Part shown: one piece after another, positions 6,063-14,080 of the stretch
Layout: every line of letters begins with the position of its first letter
Position numbering within the stretch: position 1 is the stretch's first letter
Virus genome (UHGV): UHGV-0202386
Direction: 5' to 3' (one strand)
From: a virus
DNA: 15,272 nucleotides
Translations under genes and position numbers: made by a program
The notes under the pieces: model-generated
What the model saw: only the letters and a program-made list of their open reading frames with translations
The model's database searches: none
Told to the model about the DNA's origin: nothing

Positions 6063-6293
6063 CTGTTCACCACTGTTCACCCTGTTATAAATATCTTTTA
6101 TATCAGTACATTATAGGGTGAACAGTTATTTGTGAACTGTTCACCAAACTATTCACTGTTCACCTTTTTGATTATTTATTGAGCTTTAAGGGTGAACAGT
6201 GGTGAACAGTTGGTGAATAGTTTTTGTGAAACTGTTCACCCCTTAACGTTATGAATAAAAAGGGAAAATCTCAAAAGGTGAACAGGTGAAGGG
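6063..6293. repeat. Origin of replication: about 11 copies of the 9-mer CTGTTCACC (P4 type-I iteron TGTTCACC) in both orientations
   Basis: Plus-orientation copies at 6063, 6073, 6137, 6156, 6232; reverse-orientation GGTGAACAG at 6117, 6191, 6201, 6277, with variants at 6212 and 6285. AT-rich spacers. Lies immediately downstream of the primase. Confidence 0.8.
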
Positions 6294-6336
6294 TTAAAAT
6301 GCAAAAATTTTATTTTATTGCTGTGAGGTAAAGCCT

Positions 6337-6582
6337 GTGACAACGCAGCACGCAAAAAAACCACAATCTCACGCCCTTGATTTGACAGAACACTGGCTGA
6401 GGGTGGCGATAAAAATCATCGACCGCAACGCGGGAGAAGGGTACGCAAAAGCACATCCCGAACTGGTAAGCGCATTCATGACCACGGCAGCGGCAAACTT
6501 TGCCACACTGACAGAACGGGAGATTGCCGAAGCGGAACAGGTGACAACCATCAACGTTAAAACCGGAGAGCAGACAGCATGA
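6337..6582 (+). CDS. Hypothetical protein (81 aa), GTG start
   Basis: GAGG at 6325-6328, 8 nt before GTG 6337. Stop overlaps the ssb start (ATGA). Unknown family. Confidence 0.5.
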   Translation: MTTQHAKKPQSHALDLTEHWLRVAIKIIDRNAGEGYAKAHPELVSAFMTTAAANFATLTEREIAEAEQVTTINVKTGEQTA

Positions 6583-7004
6583 CAGCACAGATAGCGGCTT
6601 ACGGGCGGCTGGTGGCTGACCCGCAGTTAAAGACCACCAGCAAAGGGACACAAATGGCGATGGCGAGTATGGCGGTTCCCCTGCCGTGCAGCCAGGCAGA
6701 TGACGGAACGGCGACGATGTGGTTATCTGTCCTGGCGTTTGGCAGACAGGCCGACGCACTGGCAAAACACCACAAAGGCGAACTGGTGAGCGTGGCGGGT
6801 AACATGCAGGTGAGCCAGTGGACAGGCCAGAACGGGGAAACGCGGCAGGGCTGGCAGGTTATTGCAGACAGCGTAATCAGTGCGCGAACGGCGCGACCGG
6901 GCGGCAAAAAAGGTCAACAGGGCCAGGCCACTGACGCACTGAACAGGGCAAAACAACAGACAAGCCAGCACGATGACCCGTACGGGGATAACATACCGTT
7001 TTAA
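6579..7004 (+). CDS. ssb: Single-stranded DNA-binding protein (short SSB with conserved C-terminal ..D-N-IPF tip)
   Basis: OB-fold pattern (W..V.AFG..A..L.K...KG..V.V.G......W....G..R) and C-terminus DDPYGDNIPF resembling the SSB acidic tip DDDIPF. GGAGAG RBS. Confidence 0.8.
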   Translation: MTAQIAAYGRLVADPQLKTTSKGTQMAMASMAVPLPCSQADDGTATMWLSVLAFGRQADALAKHHKGELVSVAGNMQVSQWTGQNGETRQGWQVIADSVISARTARPGGKKGQQGQATDALNRAKQQTSQHDDPYGDNIPF

Positions 7005-7040
7005 TTCACAACAGCGAACAGAGTAATTACAGGGGAAGGC

Positions 7041-7571
7041 ATGACAACGCTGACCATTAACCGGAAGCCGAAAGGCATTTACGGCACGCCGCAGAAAACG
7101 ACGCAGGCGGCGCAAGAGCAGGATAAAACCACATCGGTGCATAAAGTGATACCCGGCAATCAGAACGCACAGCAGAAGCCCACAGGGGCGACACCGTGGC
7201 AGCATATGACCAAAAGGCAGCGCAAAAACCGCCGACGCGTTAACCGCCTCACTGAGATGTGGCCTGACTTATTCAGCCATAAAGCACCGAAGCCGCTTAA
7301 GGTGGGGATATTCGACGACCTGATGCAGGATATCGCCGTCAGGGGGCTGGCATTCGGGTCGGGGGTATTACGTGCGACGCTGGCATCCTATGCGCAGTCT
7401 CCGCGCTATTACCGCGCCCTGATAGCTGGTGGCGCACGTTACGACCTGAAGGGCCAGCCATGTGGGGAAGTGACACCACAGGAACAGCAGGAGGCAGAAA
7501 CACGGCTGATGGTGCTGAATGAGAAGCACAAGCGCCAGCGCCGGGCAGCAAAGGGGGATACATGCCAGTGA
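7041..7571 (+). CDS. ProQ/FinO-domain RNA-binding protein (FinO-like RNA chaperone)
   Basis: PKPLKVGIFDDLMQDIAVRG...LRATLASYAQSPRYYRALIAGGARYDLKGQPCGEVTPQEQQEA aligns by eye to the ProQ/FinO core (PLKIGIFQDL...[35 protein letters not shown]). Lys/Gln-rich N-terminal extension. RBS AGGGGAAGG. Confidence 0.8.
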   Translation: MTTLTINRKPKGIYGTPQKTTQAAQEQDKTTSVHKVIPGNQNAQQKPTGATPWQHMTKRQRKNRRRVNRLTEMWPDLFSHKAPKPLKVGIFDDLMQDIAVRGLAFGSGVLRATLASYAQSPRYYRALIAGGARYDLKGQPCGEVTPQEQQEAETRLMVLNEKHKRQRRAAKGDTCQ

Positions 7572-7810
7572 CATTTGAAGAAGTTCAGCAACATAAAAAG
7601 CTTCATGGTTTTGATGATCTGGAAACCACGACAGCAAAAAAATATCGTCGGTTGCTTTCTTCCGATGCGTTATTTTTTGTGGATCATCATGATTTTCTGC
7701 GTAGCTCACTGACCGGGGAAATTTTCGCAACCAACCGTGAGCAGGTGGAAGCGATGATCGAATATTTGTGGAAAATAAGACGCAGAATGCGGGAGCCAGT
7801 GAAACAATAA
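7562..7810 (+). CDS. Hypothetical protein (82 aa), last gene of the early/replication operon
   Basis: ATG 7562 overlaps the upstream stop; AGGGGGA RBS. Followed by a strong terminator. Confidence 0.5.
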   Translation: MPVTFEEVQQHKKLHGFDDLETTTAKKYRRLLSSDALFFVDHHDFLRSSLTGEIFATNREQVEAMIEYLWKIRRRMREPVKQ

Positions 7811-7820
7811 AGCGATAAAG

Positions 7821-7847
7821 GCCCGGATTTTTTCCGGGTCTTTTTTC
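7821..7847 (+). terminator. Rho-independent terminator ending the early/replication operon
   Basis: GCCCGGA-TTTTT-TCCGGGTC hairpin (7821-7840) followed by TTTTTT (7841-7847). Confidence 0.8.
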
Positions 7848-7864
7848 AGGTTTTGTAAATTATT

Positions 7865-7890
7865 TGTTCGTGGTTGTTCCAGGTTGTTCG
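7865..7890 (+). repeat. Three TTGTTC motifs exactly 10 bp apart, upstream of the capsid operon
   Basis: TTGTTC at 7865, 7875, 7885 (TTGTTCGTGG / TTGTTCCAGG / TTGTTCGGTG). Same motif family as the arrays at 131-240, 1555-1620 and 15001-15030. Confidence 0.6.
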
Positions 7891-7980
7891 GTGATTCTGG
7901 TTGATGTTTACATACTGATTTTTATGTATATGTTGGCGTGTGGCACTCAGACGTGAGCCGCCACAATGCCGCCTGATCCC

Positions 7981-8013
7981 CTGCGCGATGCCGGGTTGAT
8001 CTGCGAGATGCCG
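7981..8013 (+). promoter_or_regulatory. Pair of 13-bp direct repeats CTGCG(C/A)GATGCCG 20 bp apart, candidate activator sites of the late (capsid) promoter
   Basis: Copies at 7981-7993 and 8001-8013, 12 of 13 identical, 70-100 bp upstream of the capsid start. No good sigma-70 -35/-10 nearby, which fits an activator-dependent promoter. Confidence 0.35.
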
Positions 8014-8083
8014 AGAGTGTCGGGCGGCGCTCCCCCCGTGTTGGTTTCACGTCCTGAATCTTAACCAATGCGAGAAAACCTTC

Positions 8084-9229
8084 ATGAAGAAATTAATCGA
8101 ACTCCGCCAGCAAAAAACCGCCCTGAAAAACCAGATGCGATCCCTGCTGGAAAAAGCCGACAGTGAAAACCGCAGTCTAACCGATGACGAAGGCAAACAG
8201 TTTGATGAACTGCGTGCAAAAGCCGATTCCCTCGACACAGAAATTTCCCGCCTCGAGTCTGTGGCTGATGAAGAACGTAACCAGCCTGGTGTTCCCGTCG
8301 AAGATAAAATCACCAAAAATGAGCTACGCTCTTACATTCTGACCGGGGAAACCCGCAACCTGTCCGGCAGTGTTCCGGCTGATGGTGGTTATACGGTTAT
8401 CCCGGAACTGAACAGAGAAATTATGCGTCAGCTTTCTGATGAGTCGGTGATGCGTAAAATCTGTACTGTTAAAACCATTCACAGTAATGAATTTAAGCAA
8501 CTGGTTTCTGCCGGGGGTGCGGTCGTGGGACACGGCGAAGAAGGTGCGGCACGTAACCAGACGGCAACCCCAAAACTGAATGAAGTCAGTATCCGCCTGT
8601 ATCCGATCTACGCTTACCCGAAAACCACTCAGGAAATTATCGATTTTTCCGAAGTCGATATTATGGGCTGGTTATCTTCTGAAATTGGCGACACTTTCGT
8701 TGATACCGAAGAAACGGATCTGGTTTCCGGTGATGGCGAGAAAAAAGCCAAAGGTTTCCTGACTTTCCCGCGCGCTACGGATAATGACAAAACCCGTCCT
8801 TTCGGTACGCTCCAGACGAAAAAAGTGACTGGCAGTCTCAGCGCCGATATGCTGATTGACCTGAAATTTACGCTGCGCAATAAGTACCGCAAAAAAGCTG
8901 TATGGGTGATGAACTCAAATACAGCCGCCTCCGCACAAAAACTGAAAAATGCCACTGGTGATTACATCTGGCGCGATCGTTTACAGGCTGGTGATCCTGA
9001 TTCTCTGCTGGGGCTTCCGGTTGAATATCTGGAATTTATGCCGGACGGTGTGATTGCAGTCGGTGACTTTAAGCGCGGTTATTTCATCGTTGACCATAAA
9101 ACCGGTACGCGTACCCGTCCGGATTTCAGCGAGCCTGGATTCATTAACATCTATACCCAGAAATATCTGGGCGGTGGTGTGGTGGATTCGAACGCCATCA
9201 AGATTCTGGAAATTCAGGCTGGCAAGTAA
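8084..9229 (+). CDS. HK97-family major capsid protein with N-terminal coiled-coil delta/scaffold domain
   Basis: 381 aa. N-terminal about 70 aa is charged coiled-coil (ELRQQKTALKNQMRSLLEKADSENRSL..). C-terminal motifs LLGLPVEYLEFMP..GDFKRGYFIVDHKTG...YLGGGVVDSNAIKILE are typical of Phage_capsid (HK97 fold). Confidence 0.85.
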   Translation: MKKLIELRQQKTALKNQMRSLLEKADSENRSLTDDEGKQFDELRAKADSLDTEISRLESVADEERNQPGVPVEDKITKNELRSYILTGETRNLSGSVPADGGYTVIPELNREIMRQLSDESVMRKICTVKTIHSNEFKQLVSAGGAVVGHGEEGAARNQTATPKLNEVSIRLYPIYAYPKTTQEIIDFSEVDIMGWLSSEIGDTFVDTEETDLVSGDGEKKAKGFLTFPRATDNDKTRPFGTLQTKKVTGSLSADMLIDLKFTLRNKYRKKAVWVMNSNTAASAQKLKNATGDYIWRDRLQAGDPDSLLGLPVEYLEFMPDGVIAVGDFKRGYFIVDHKTGTRTRPDFSEPGFINIYTQKYLGGGVVDSNAIKILEIQAGK

Positions 9230-9278
9230 TGAGCAAAGGGGGCTTCGGCCTCCTTTTTCAGCTTTATGGAGTACACCG

Positions 9279-9839
9279 ATGAAAAACACCGATTTTGAAA
9301 TCCGTACATCTGAACTGACCGCCAGCGATAAAAAACTGGTGGGTTATGCCGTTCGCTGGAACAGCCTTTCAGAAATTATCTGGGACGAGTTTCGCGAACA
9401 GTTCACGCCGGGGGCTTTTGCTGACTATCTGGCGGCGGGTAATGATGTGCGCTGTCTGTATGAGCATGACTATACCCAACTGCTGGGGCGTACCAAATCC
9501 GGCTCACTGGTACTGACTGAGGATAACACCGGGCTACGTTTTGAACTGACACCGCCAAATACCCAGCTTGGAAAAGATGTGCTTACGCTGGTGGAACGTG
9601 GCGATATTACAGGAATGAGCTTTGGCTTTCGCGCATTATGCGAGGAGTGGAATATCGCGCAAAAACCGTATCTGCGTACTGTAACCGCCGCAGAACTCCG
9701 TGAAATCACGATAACATCGATGCCTGCTTATCCCGAATCCGGCGTGGAGATTGCCCACCGTTCGTTGTTTGCACAGTACCCTGAATTACGCCCGGCAGGA
9801 AATAATCGTCATCGCTGGGCTGAACTGGCGGGGTTGTGA
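9279..9839 (+). CDS. HK97-family prohead (maturation) protease
   Basis: MKNTDFEIR...LVGYAVRWN...FTPGAFADYL...VRCLYEHD..QLLGRTKSGSLVLTEDNTGLRFE...GKDVLTLVERGDITGMSFGF matches the Peptidase_S78/U35 prohead-protease pattern. GGAG RBS at 9268-9271. Confidence 0.85.
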   Translation: MKNTDFEIRTSELTASDKKLVGYAVRWNSLSEIIWDEFREQFTPGAFADYLAAGNDVRCLYEHDYTQLLGRTKSGSLVLTEDNTGLRFELTPPNTQLGKDVLTLVERGDITGMSFGFRALCEEWNIAQKPYLRTVTAAELREITITSMPAYPESGVEIAHRSLFAQYPELRPAGNNRHRWAELAGL

Positions 9840-9840
9840 T

Positions 9841-11055
9841 ATGTGGTGGCCTTTTAGTCGTAAAAAAAGCGATCTGCGTAACCTGTCCATTGATGATTTT
9901 CTGGCGTTGTCTGGTGTACCAAATACCGGATCCGGAGAATATGTTTCTGCCGGGACGGCTGAATCATTGCCTGCTGTGATGAACGCGGTTTCTGTCATCG
10001 CTGAGGCGGTGGCCACGATGCCGTGTTACCTGTATCTGGTACGCAATGATAAGGGCAGAGAGGCGCGGGAATGGCTGGACAGTCACCCGGTAGATATTCT
10101 GCTGAATGAGCAGCCTAATTCGTGCCTGACACCTTACCAGTTTAAACGCACAATGATGCGTCACTGCCTGCTGAACGGTAACGCCTATGCGGTTATTGAG
10201 TGGGGGCGGGACGGGCAGCCAAAATCACTTCATCCTTATGCGCCGGGGTGTGTTGTACCGGAACGCACAGGCACACACAAATACCGCTATACCATCACCG
10301 AACCCTGTACAGGAACGGTGCGCACGTATTTACAGGAAGAAGTTCTGCATCTCCGCTATGCCTCGGATGATGGCTTTCTGGGGCGTTCCCCCGTCACGAT
10401 TTGCCGTGAGGCGCTGGGGCTTGGCCTTGCTCAACAGCGCCACGGAGCCAGCATTATGAAAGATGGCATGATGGCGGCAGGGATTATCACGTCAGGTGAA
10501 TGGCTGGACGGCGTGAAAGGTAAACAGGCATTAGACGCACTGGAACGCTACAAGGGGGCGAAAAATGCCGGAAAAACGCCAATCCTTGAAGGGGGCATGG
10601 ATTACAGGCAGCTGGGGATGAGTAACCAGGATGCGGAATGGCTGGCCTCCCGTCGCTTCTCCATTGAAGACATCGCCAGGATGTTCAACGTGTCGCCGAT
10701 TTTTCTTCAGGAATACAGCAACAGCACCTACAGCAATTTCAGTGAGGCGAGCCGCGCATTTCTGACCATGACAATGCGCCCGTGGCTGGCGAACTTCGAA
10801 CAGCAAATCAAGGCCGCTTTGCTGGTGACTTCTCCCGTACCTGGTACCCGTTATCTGGTTGAGTTTGATTCAGCCGATTTACTGCGCGCCACACCCACCG
10901 AACGTTATGCCACGTATGAGAAAGGGATTAAGAGCGGGATCATGAATCCGAACGAAGCTCGCGAACGCGAGGGTATGCCGCCGCGTGAAGGTGGTGATGA
11001 GTTCAGCCAGGCATGGAAACAGACTGTGGAAATTAAAGGGAGAAAAGATGAGTGA
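9841..11055 (+). CDS. HK97-family portal protein
   Basis: 404 aa from ATG 9841, 1 nt after the protease stop. Long conserved portal-like core (NAYAVIEWGRDGQP..., SIMKDGMMAAGIITSGEWLDG..., FLTMTMRPWLANFEQQIKAALL). Position and size fit a portal. Confidence 0.8.
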   Translation: MWWPFSRKKSDLRNLSIDDFLALSGVPNTGSGEYVSAGTAESLPAVMNAVSVIAEAVATMPCYLYLVRNDKGREAREWLDSHPVDILLNEQPNSCLTPYQFKRTMMRHCLLNGNAYAVIEWGRDGQPKSLHPYAPGCVVPERTGTHKYRYTITEPCTGTVRTYLQEEVLHLRYASDDGFLGRSPVTICREALGLGLAQQRHGASIMKDGMMAAGIITSGEWLDGVKGKQALDALERYKGAKNAGKTPILEGGMDYRQLGMSNQDAEWLASRRFSIEDIARMFNVSPIFLQEYSNSTYSNFSEASRAFLTMTMRPWLANFEQQIKAALLVTSPVPGTRYLVEFDSADLLRATPTERYATYEKGIKSGIMNPNEAREREGMPPREGGDEFSQAWKQTVEIKGRKDE

Positions 11056-11350
11056 AGCCAGAATTACACCTGATGAAGTCAGGGCACATCTTCGACTTGA
11101 TGATGATTTATCCGGTGAAGGCGAACTTCTGAAAATGTATACCGATGCGGCGCTGGAAGCCTGCCAGAAGCATATCGGGAAACGTTTTGAAGACGGGCTG
11201 GAATTTACCCCGGCAATGCGTGTTGGTTGCCTGATGTACATCGCTTTCCTGTACGAGAACCGGGAAGCGGTTTCACCAGTGGAGCAGTCTGAACTGCCTA
11301 TGGCTATTTCTGCGCTCTGGTCAGTTTATCGTGATGTAGGGGTGTACTGA
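11048..11350 (+). CDS. gp6-like head-tail connector (head completion/adaptor) protein
   Basis: 100 aa. MSEARITPDEVRAHLRLDDDLSGEGELLKMYTDAALEACQKHIGKRF matches the Phage_connect_1 N-terminal pattern (..HLRID.D.D...I......AA). Start overlaps the portal stop. Confidence 0.7.
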   Translation: MSEARITPDEVRAHLRLDDDLSGEGELLKMYTDAALEACQKHIGKRFEDGLEFTPAMRVGCLMYIAFLYENREAVSPVEQSELPMAISALWSVYRDVGVY

Positions 11351-11790
11351 TGCCGTGGCAACCATTAAGGCGATGCACTGAGCCGGGCTGTAATAAGCGC
11401 GTGAAGTCCGGCAAGTGTGAAGAGCACAGGCGGGCTGTATGGCGTGCAGAGGATGCCAGACGGGGACACCGCCGCGCGCGCGGGTATTCCCGACAGTGGG
11501 ACAAATACCGCGCCCTGTACCTGAGCAAAAACCCGTTATGCGTGCGTTGTCTGGCTAAGGGGATTTATACGCCAGCTCTTGTGGTGGATCACATCATCCC
11601 CATCAATGGCGGCGGTGATGTTCTCTTCTGGCCTGAGTGGAACCACCAGGCATTGTGCCAGACGTGCCACAACCGTAAGACGACACGGGAAGATCCAGCC
11701 ACGAAAGCGAACCGTAAGGCGGGCATGTATCGCGAGCAGGAAGAACGGGCAGCACACCGTAACGACTGGATGTATGGCGATGATGACTGA
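11350..11790 (+). CDS. Phage HNH endonuclease (terminase-associated)
   Basis: Cys-rich zinc finger (CTEPGCNKRVKSGKCEEH ... CVRC ... CQTCHNRKT) with VVDHIIPINGGGD..WNHQALC HNH core. Located immediately upstream of terS/terL, as in HK97-like cos phages. ATG overlaps the upstream stop (TGATG). Confidence 0.8.
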   Translation: MPWQPLRRCTEPGCNKRVKSGKCEEHRRAVWRAEDARRGHRRARGYSRQWDKYRALYLSKNPLCVRCLAKGIYTPALVVDHIIPINGGGDVLFWPEWNHQALCQTCHNRKTTREDPATKANRKAGMYREQEERAAHRNDWMYGDDD

Positions 11791-11959
11791 ACAGGAGCAA
11801 ACCAGGCTGATACGTGGACTGATAAGGCAGCGTGACTTATGGAAGACACAGGAGACAGGGCACAAAGCCAACAGGACAGGGCGCACAAAACGCACCACAG
11901 CGAAGCGATTAACCGACCGTGACCGCGAGGCCATGGAATGTTTTCGCAATCGCTGGTGA
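11780..11959 (+). CDS. Doubtful small basic ORF (about 59 aa) overlapping the HNH stop; may instead be non-coding cos DNA
   Basis: ATG-ATG at 11780/11783, no clear RBS. Arg/Lys/Thr-rich low-complexity translation. Confidence 0.2.
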   Translation: MMTEQEQTRLIRGLIRQRDLWKTQETGHKANRTGRTKRTTAKRLTDRDREAMECFRNRW

Positions 11960-12078
11960 GGCCGTCAGAGGGGGTGGGGGTGGTTTTCAGGACGAAACCG
12001 TCCCTGCCGGACACCGACCGCCTCCTCAAATTTTTGTGCACGGGAATTTTTTTGAAAATAATTGGGCGAAAAAAGAAC
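11791..12078 (+). other. Candidate cos/packaging-recognition region between HNH and terS, containing a G-rich tract
   Basis: 288-bp gap without a convincing gene. GGGGGTGGGGGTGG at 11970-11983 followed by a CAGGACG-AAAC-CGTCCCTG hairpin. Location argument: in HK97-like phages cos lies between the HNH gene and terS. Confidence 0.3.
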
Positions 12079-12435
12079 ATGGCAAGACCACCAAAAGCCC
12101 CCGCTTACCTGGATGAAATCGCGGTCAGGCAGTGGAAGGAAAAATCGCGCCAGCTTTCCGGACGGGAAGACCTTACCCCCGCCGACTGGAGCAATCTGGA
12201 GCTGTATTGTGTTAACTACTCCATATACCGCAAAGCCGTCGAAGACCTTGCCACGCGCGGGTTCAGCATTGTTAACAGTCAGGGCAGCGAGAGCAGAAAC
12301 CCCGCCCTGAGCGCAAAGGCTGACGCTGAAAGAATAATGATCAAAATGGCTTCTTTGCTGGGTTTTGACCCGGTAAGTCGCCGCAGAAATCCACCGGAAA
12401 CAGAGGAAGAGGACGAGCTTGACCGCCTGGCATGA
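12079..12435 (+). CDS. terS: Terminase small subunit, P27 family
   Basis: MARPPKAPAYLDEIAVRQWKEK...LELYCVNYSIYRKAVEDL...GSESRNPALSAKADAERIMIKMASLLGFDPVSRRR matches the P27-family TerS pattern. The ORF-track N-terminal extension (from 11938) has no support. Confidence 0.75.
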   Translation: MARPPKAPAYLDEIAVRQWKEKSRQLSGREDLTPADWSNLELYCVNYSIYRKAVEDLATRGFSIVNSQGSESRNPALSAKADAERIMIKMASLLGFDPVSRRRNPPETEEEDELDRLA

Positions 12436-14080
12436 GTACGCAGAAGGCGTAAAAAACGGCAAAATTACGGCCTGTAAACGACTGAAACAGGCCGTTAAAC
12501 GGTATTTTTCTGACCTTGAAAACCCCCTTTACACGTTCGATCCGGAGGTCGTGGAGCGGTTTATTGCCTTTTCCAGGGTGTGTCCGCACGTAAAAGGCGC
12601 AATGCGCGGTAGCCCCATTGAGCTGGAGCCGTGGCAGCAGTTCGCCTTTGCGTGCATCCTGGGCTTTAAGGTTAAGGCCACCGGACGGCGCAAATACACC
12701 AGCGCATTCATTGAAGTGCCGCGAAAAAATGCCAAATCCACGGTCGCCGCTATCCTGGCTAACTGGTTTCTGGTTATGGAAAACGGGCAGCAGGATATTT
12801 ACACCGCCGCTGTGAGTCGTGATCAGGCGCGGATCGTGTTTGATGATGCGCGTCAGATGTGCCTTTTATCCCGACCGTTACGAAAGCGGGTAAATATTCA
12901 GGCACACAAGGTGATACACCCGAAAACCAACAGCCTGTTAAAGCCACTGGCAGCAAAAGCGGCAACCATTGAAGGTACAAACCCGAGTCTTGCCATTGTG
13001 GATGAATATCACCTGCACCCTGACAACGGGGTTTATTCCGCGCTTGAACTGGGAATGGGGGCGCGTCCGGAGGGGCTGTTATTTGCCATCACCACATCGG
13101 GGAGCAACGTTGTTTCAGCCTGTAAACAACACTATGACTATTGCTGCCAGATACTGGATGGTGAAGAGGTGAACGAATCCATGTTCGTGCTGATTTACGA
13201 GCTGGATGATGAAAGCGAGGTTGACGATCCGGCGATGTGGATAAAGGCGAATCCCAATATCGATGTTTCCGTCGATCGTGAAAAACTGGCCTCAACCATC
13301 CAGAAAGCGCGGGGTATTCCGTCGCAGTGGGTGGAAATGCTCACCAAGCGATTCAATATCTGGTGTCAGGGGGCTACGCCGTGGATGGGTAACGGTGCAT
13401 GGGCGGAGTGCGCCGGAACGTTCGCGGAGGCGGATTTATACGGTCAGGAGTGCTACGCGGGGCTGGACTTATCATCAACCAGCGATATTTCCAGCGTGTG
13501 CTATGCCTTTCCGGTCGGTAAAAAGATTATGCTGGTTTCCCGTCACTATCTGCCGGAATTTCAGCTACAGAACCCCGCCAATAAAAACCGCGCCATCTAT
13601 CGCCAGTGGGTAAAGGCGGGCTGGATACGCACAACACCGGGTGACTGCATTGATTATGACCGTATCCGTGATGACATCATGGCGGATGCAGAGAATTTCA
13701 ATATCAGGCTGGTGGGCTTCGATACATGGAACGCCACGCACCTGAGGACGCAGCTACAGGGGGCAGGATTTGAGGTGGAGCCGTTCCCGCAAACATACCT
13801 TCGTTTCAGTCCGGCGGCGAAATCGTTCGAAGTTTTTGTTAACCGGAAGGTGATTGTGCATCGTGGCGATCCGGTGCTGGCCTGGTCAATGAGTAATGTT
13901 GTGATGCAGAGTGACGCGAACGCCAATATCAAGCCGAACAAGAAAAAATCATCCAACAAGATAGACCCGAGCGTTGCGGCTCTGATGGCGTTTGGCACAT
14001 TCCAGGCAGAACATGAGGAATTTGCATTTGATATAAGCGACAGCCACAAAGAGCGGCTTGCGGCGTTTGATGGGGTATGA
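12419..14080 (+). CDS. terL: Terminase large subunit (Terminase_1-like ATPase/nuclease); apparent TTG start overlapping terS by 17 nt
   Basis: 553 aa. Size, position after terS and a conserved-looking N-terminal region (PWQQFAFACILGFKV..., DIYTAAVSRDQARIVFDDAR). No in-frame ATG until codon 62; GAGGA at 12408-12412 precedes TTG 12419. Confidence 0.85.
   Translation: MTAWHEYAEGVKNGKITACKRLKQAVKRYFSDLENPLYTFDPEVVERFIAFSRVCPHVKGAMRGSPIELEPWQQFAFACILGFKVKATGRRKYTSAFIEVPRKNAKSTVAAILANWFLVMENGQQDIYTAAVSRDQARIVFDDARQMCLLSRPLRKRVNIQAHKVIHPKTNSLLKPLAAKAATIEGTNPSLAIVDEYHLHPDNGVYSALELGMGARPEGLLFAITTSGSNVVSACKQHYDYCCQILDGEEVNESMFVLIYELDDESEVDDPAMWIKANPNIDVSVDREKLASTIQKARGIPSQWVEMLTKRFNIWCQGATPWMGNGAWAECAGTFAEADLYGQECYAGLDLSSTSDISSVCYAFPVGKKIMLVSRHYLPEFQLQNPANKNRAIYRQWVKAGWIRTTPGDCIDYDRIRDDIMADAENFNIRLVGFDTWNATHLRTQLQGAGFEVEPFPQTYLRFSPAAKSFEVFVNRKVIVHRGDPVLAWSMSNVVMQSDANANIKPNKKKSSNKIDPSVAALMAFGTFQAEHEEFAFDISDSHKERLAAFDGV

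Noticed and set aside
6063-6293. Possibility that the TGTTCACC repeat cluster is a CRISPR array
   Set aside because: Repeats are only 9 bp, occur in both orientations with irregular spacing, and sit right after a primase gene. This is an iteron origin, not a CRISPR array.
6310-7205. Minus-strand ORFs (6310..6765, 6599..6907, 6723..7205) over orf81 and ssb
   Set aside because: Antisense to a coupled + strand operon with clear SSB and FinO homology; Cys/Arg-rich translations.
11938-12078. N-terminal extension of TerS in the ORF track (start at 11938)
   Set aside because: The conserved P27-family N-terminus begins at MARPPK (ATG 12079). The extension has no RBS and lies in the putative cos region.
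11589-12462. Long minus-strand ORFs (11589..12080, 11965..12462) over HNH, the cos region and terS
   Set aside because: Antisense to recognisable HNH and TerS genes; no RBS. Likely a side-effect of GC-rich codon structure.
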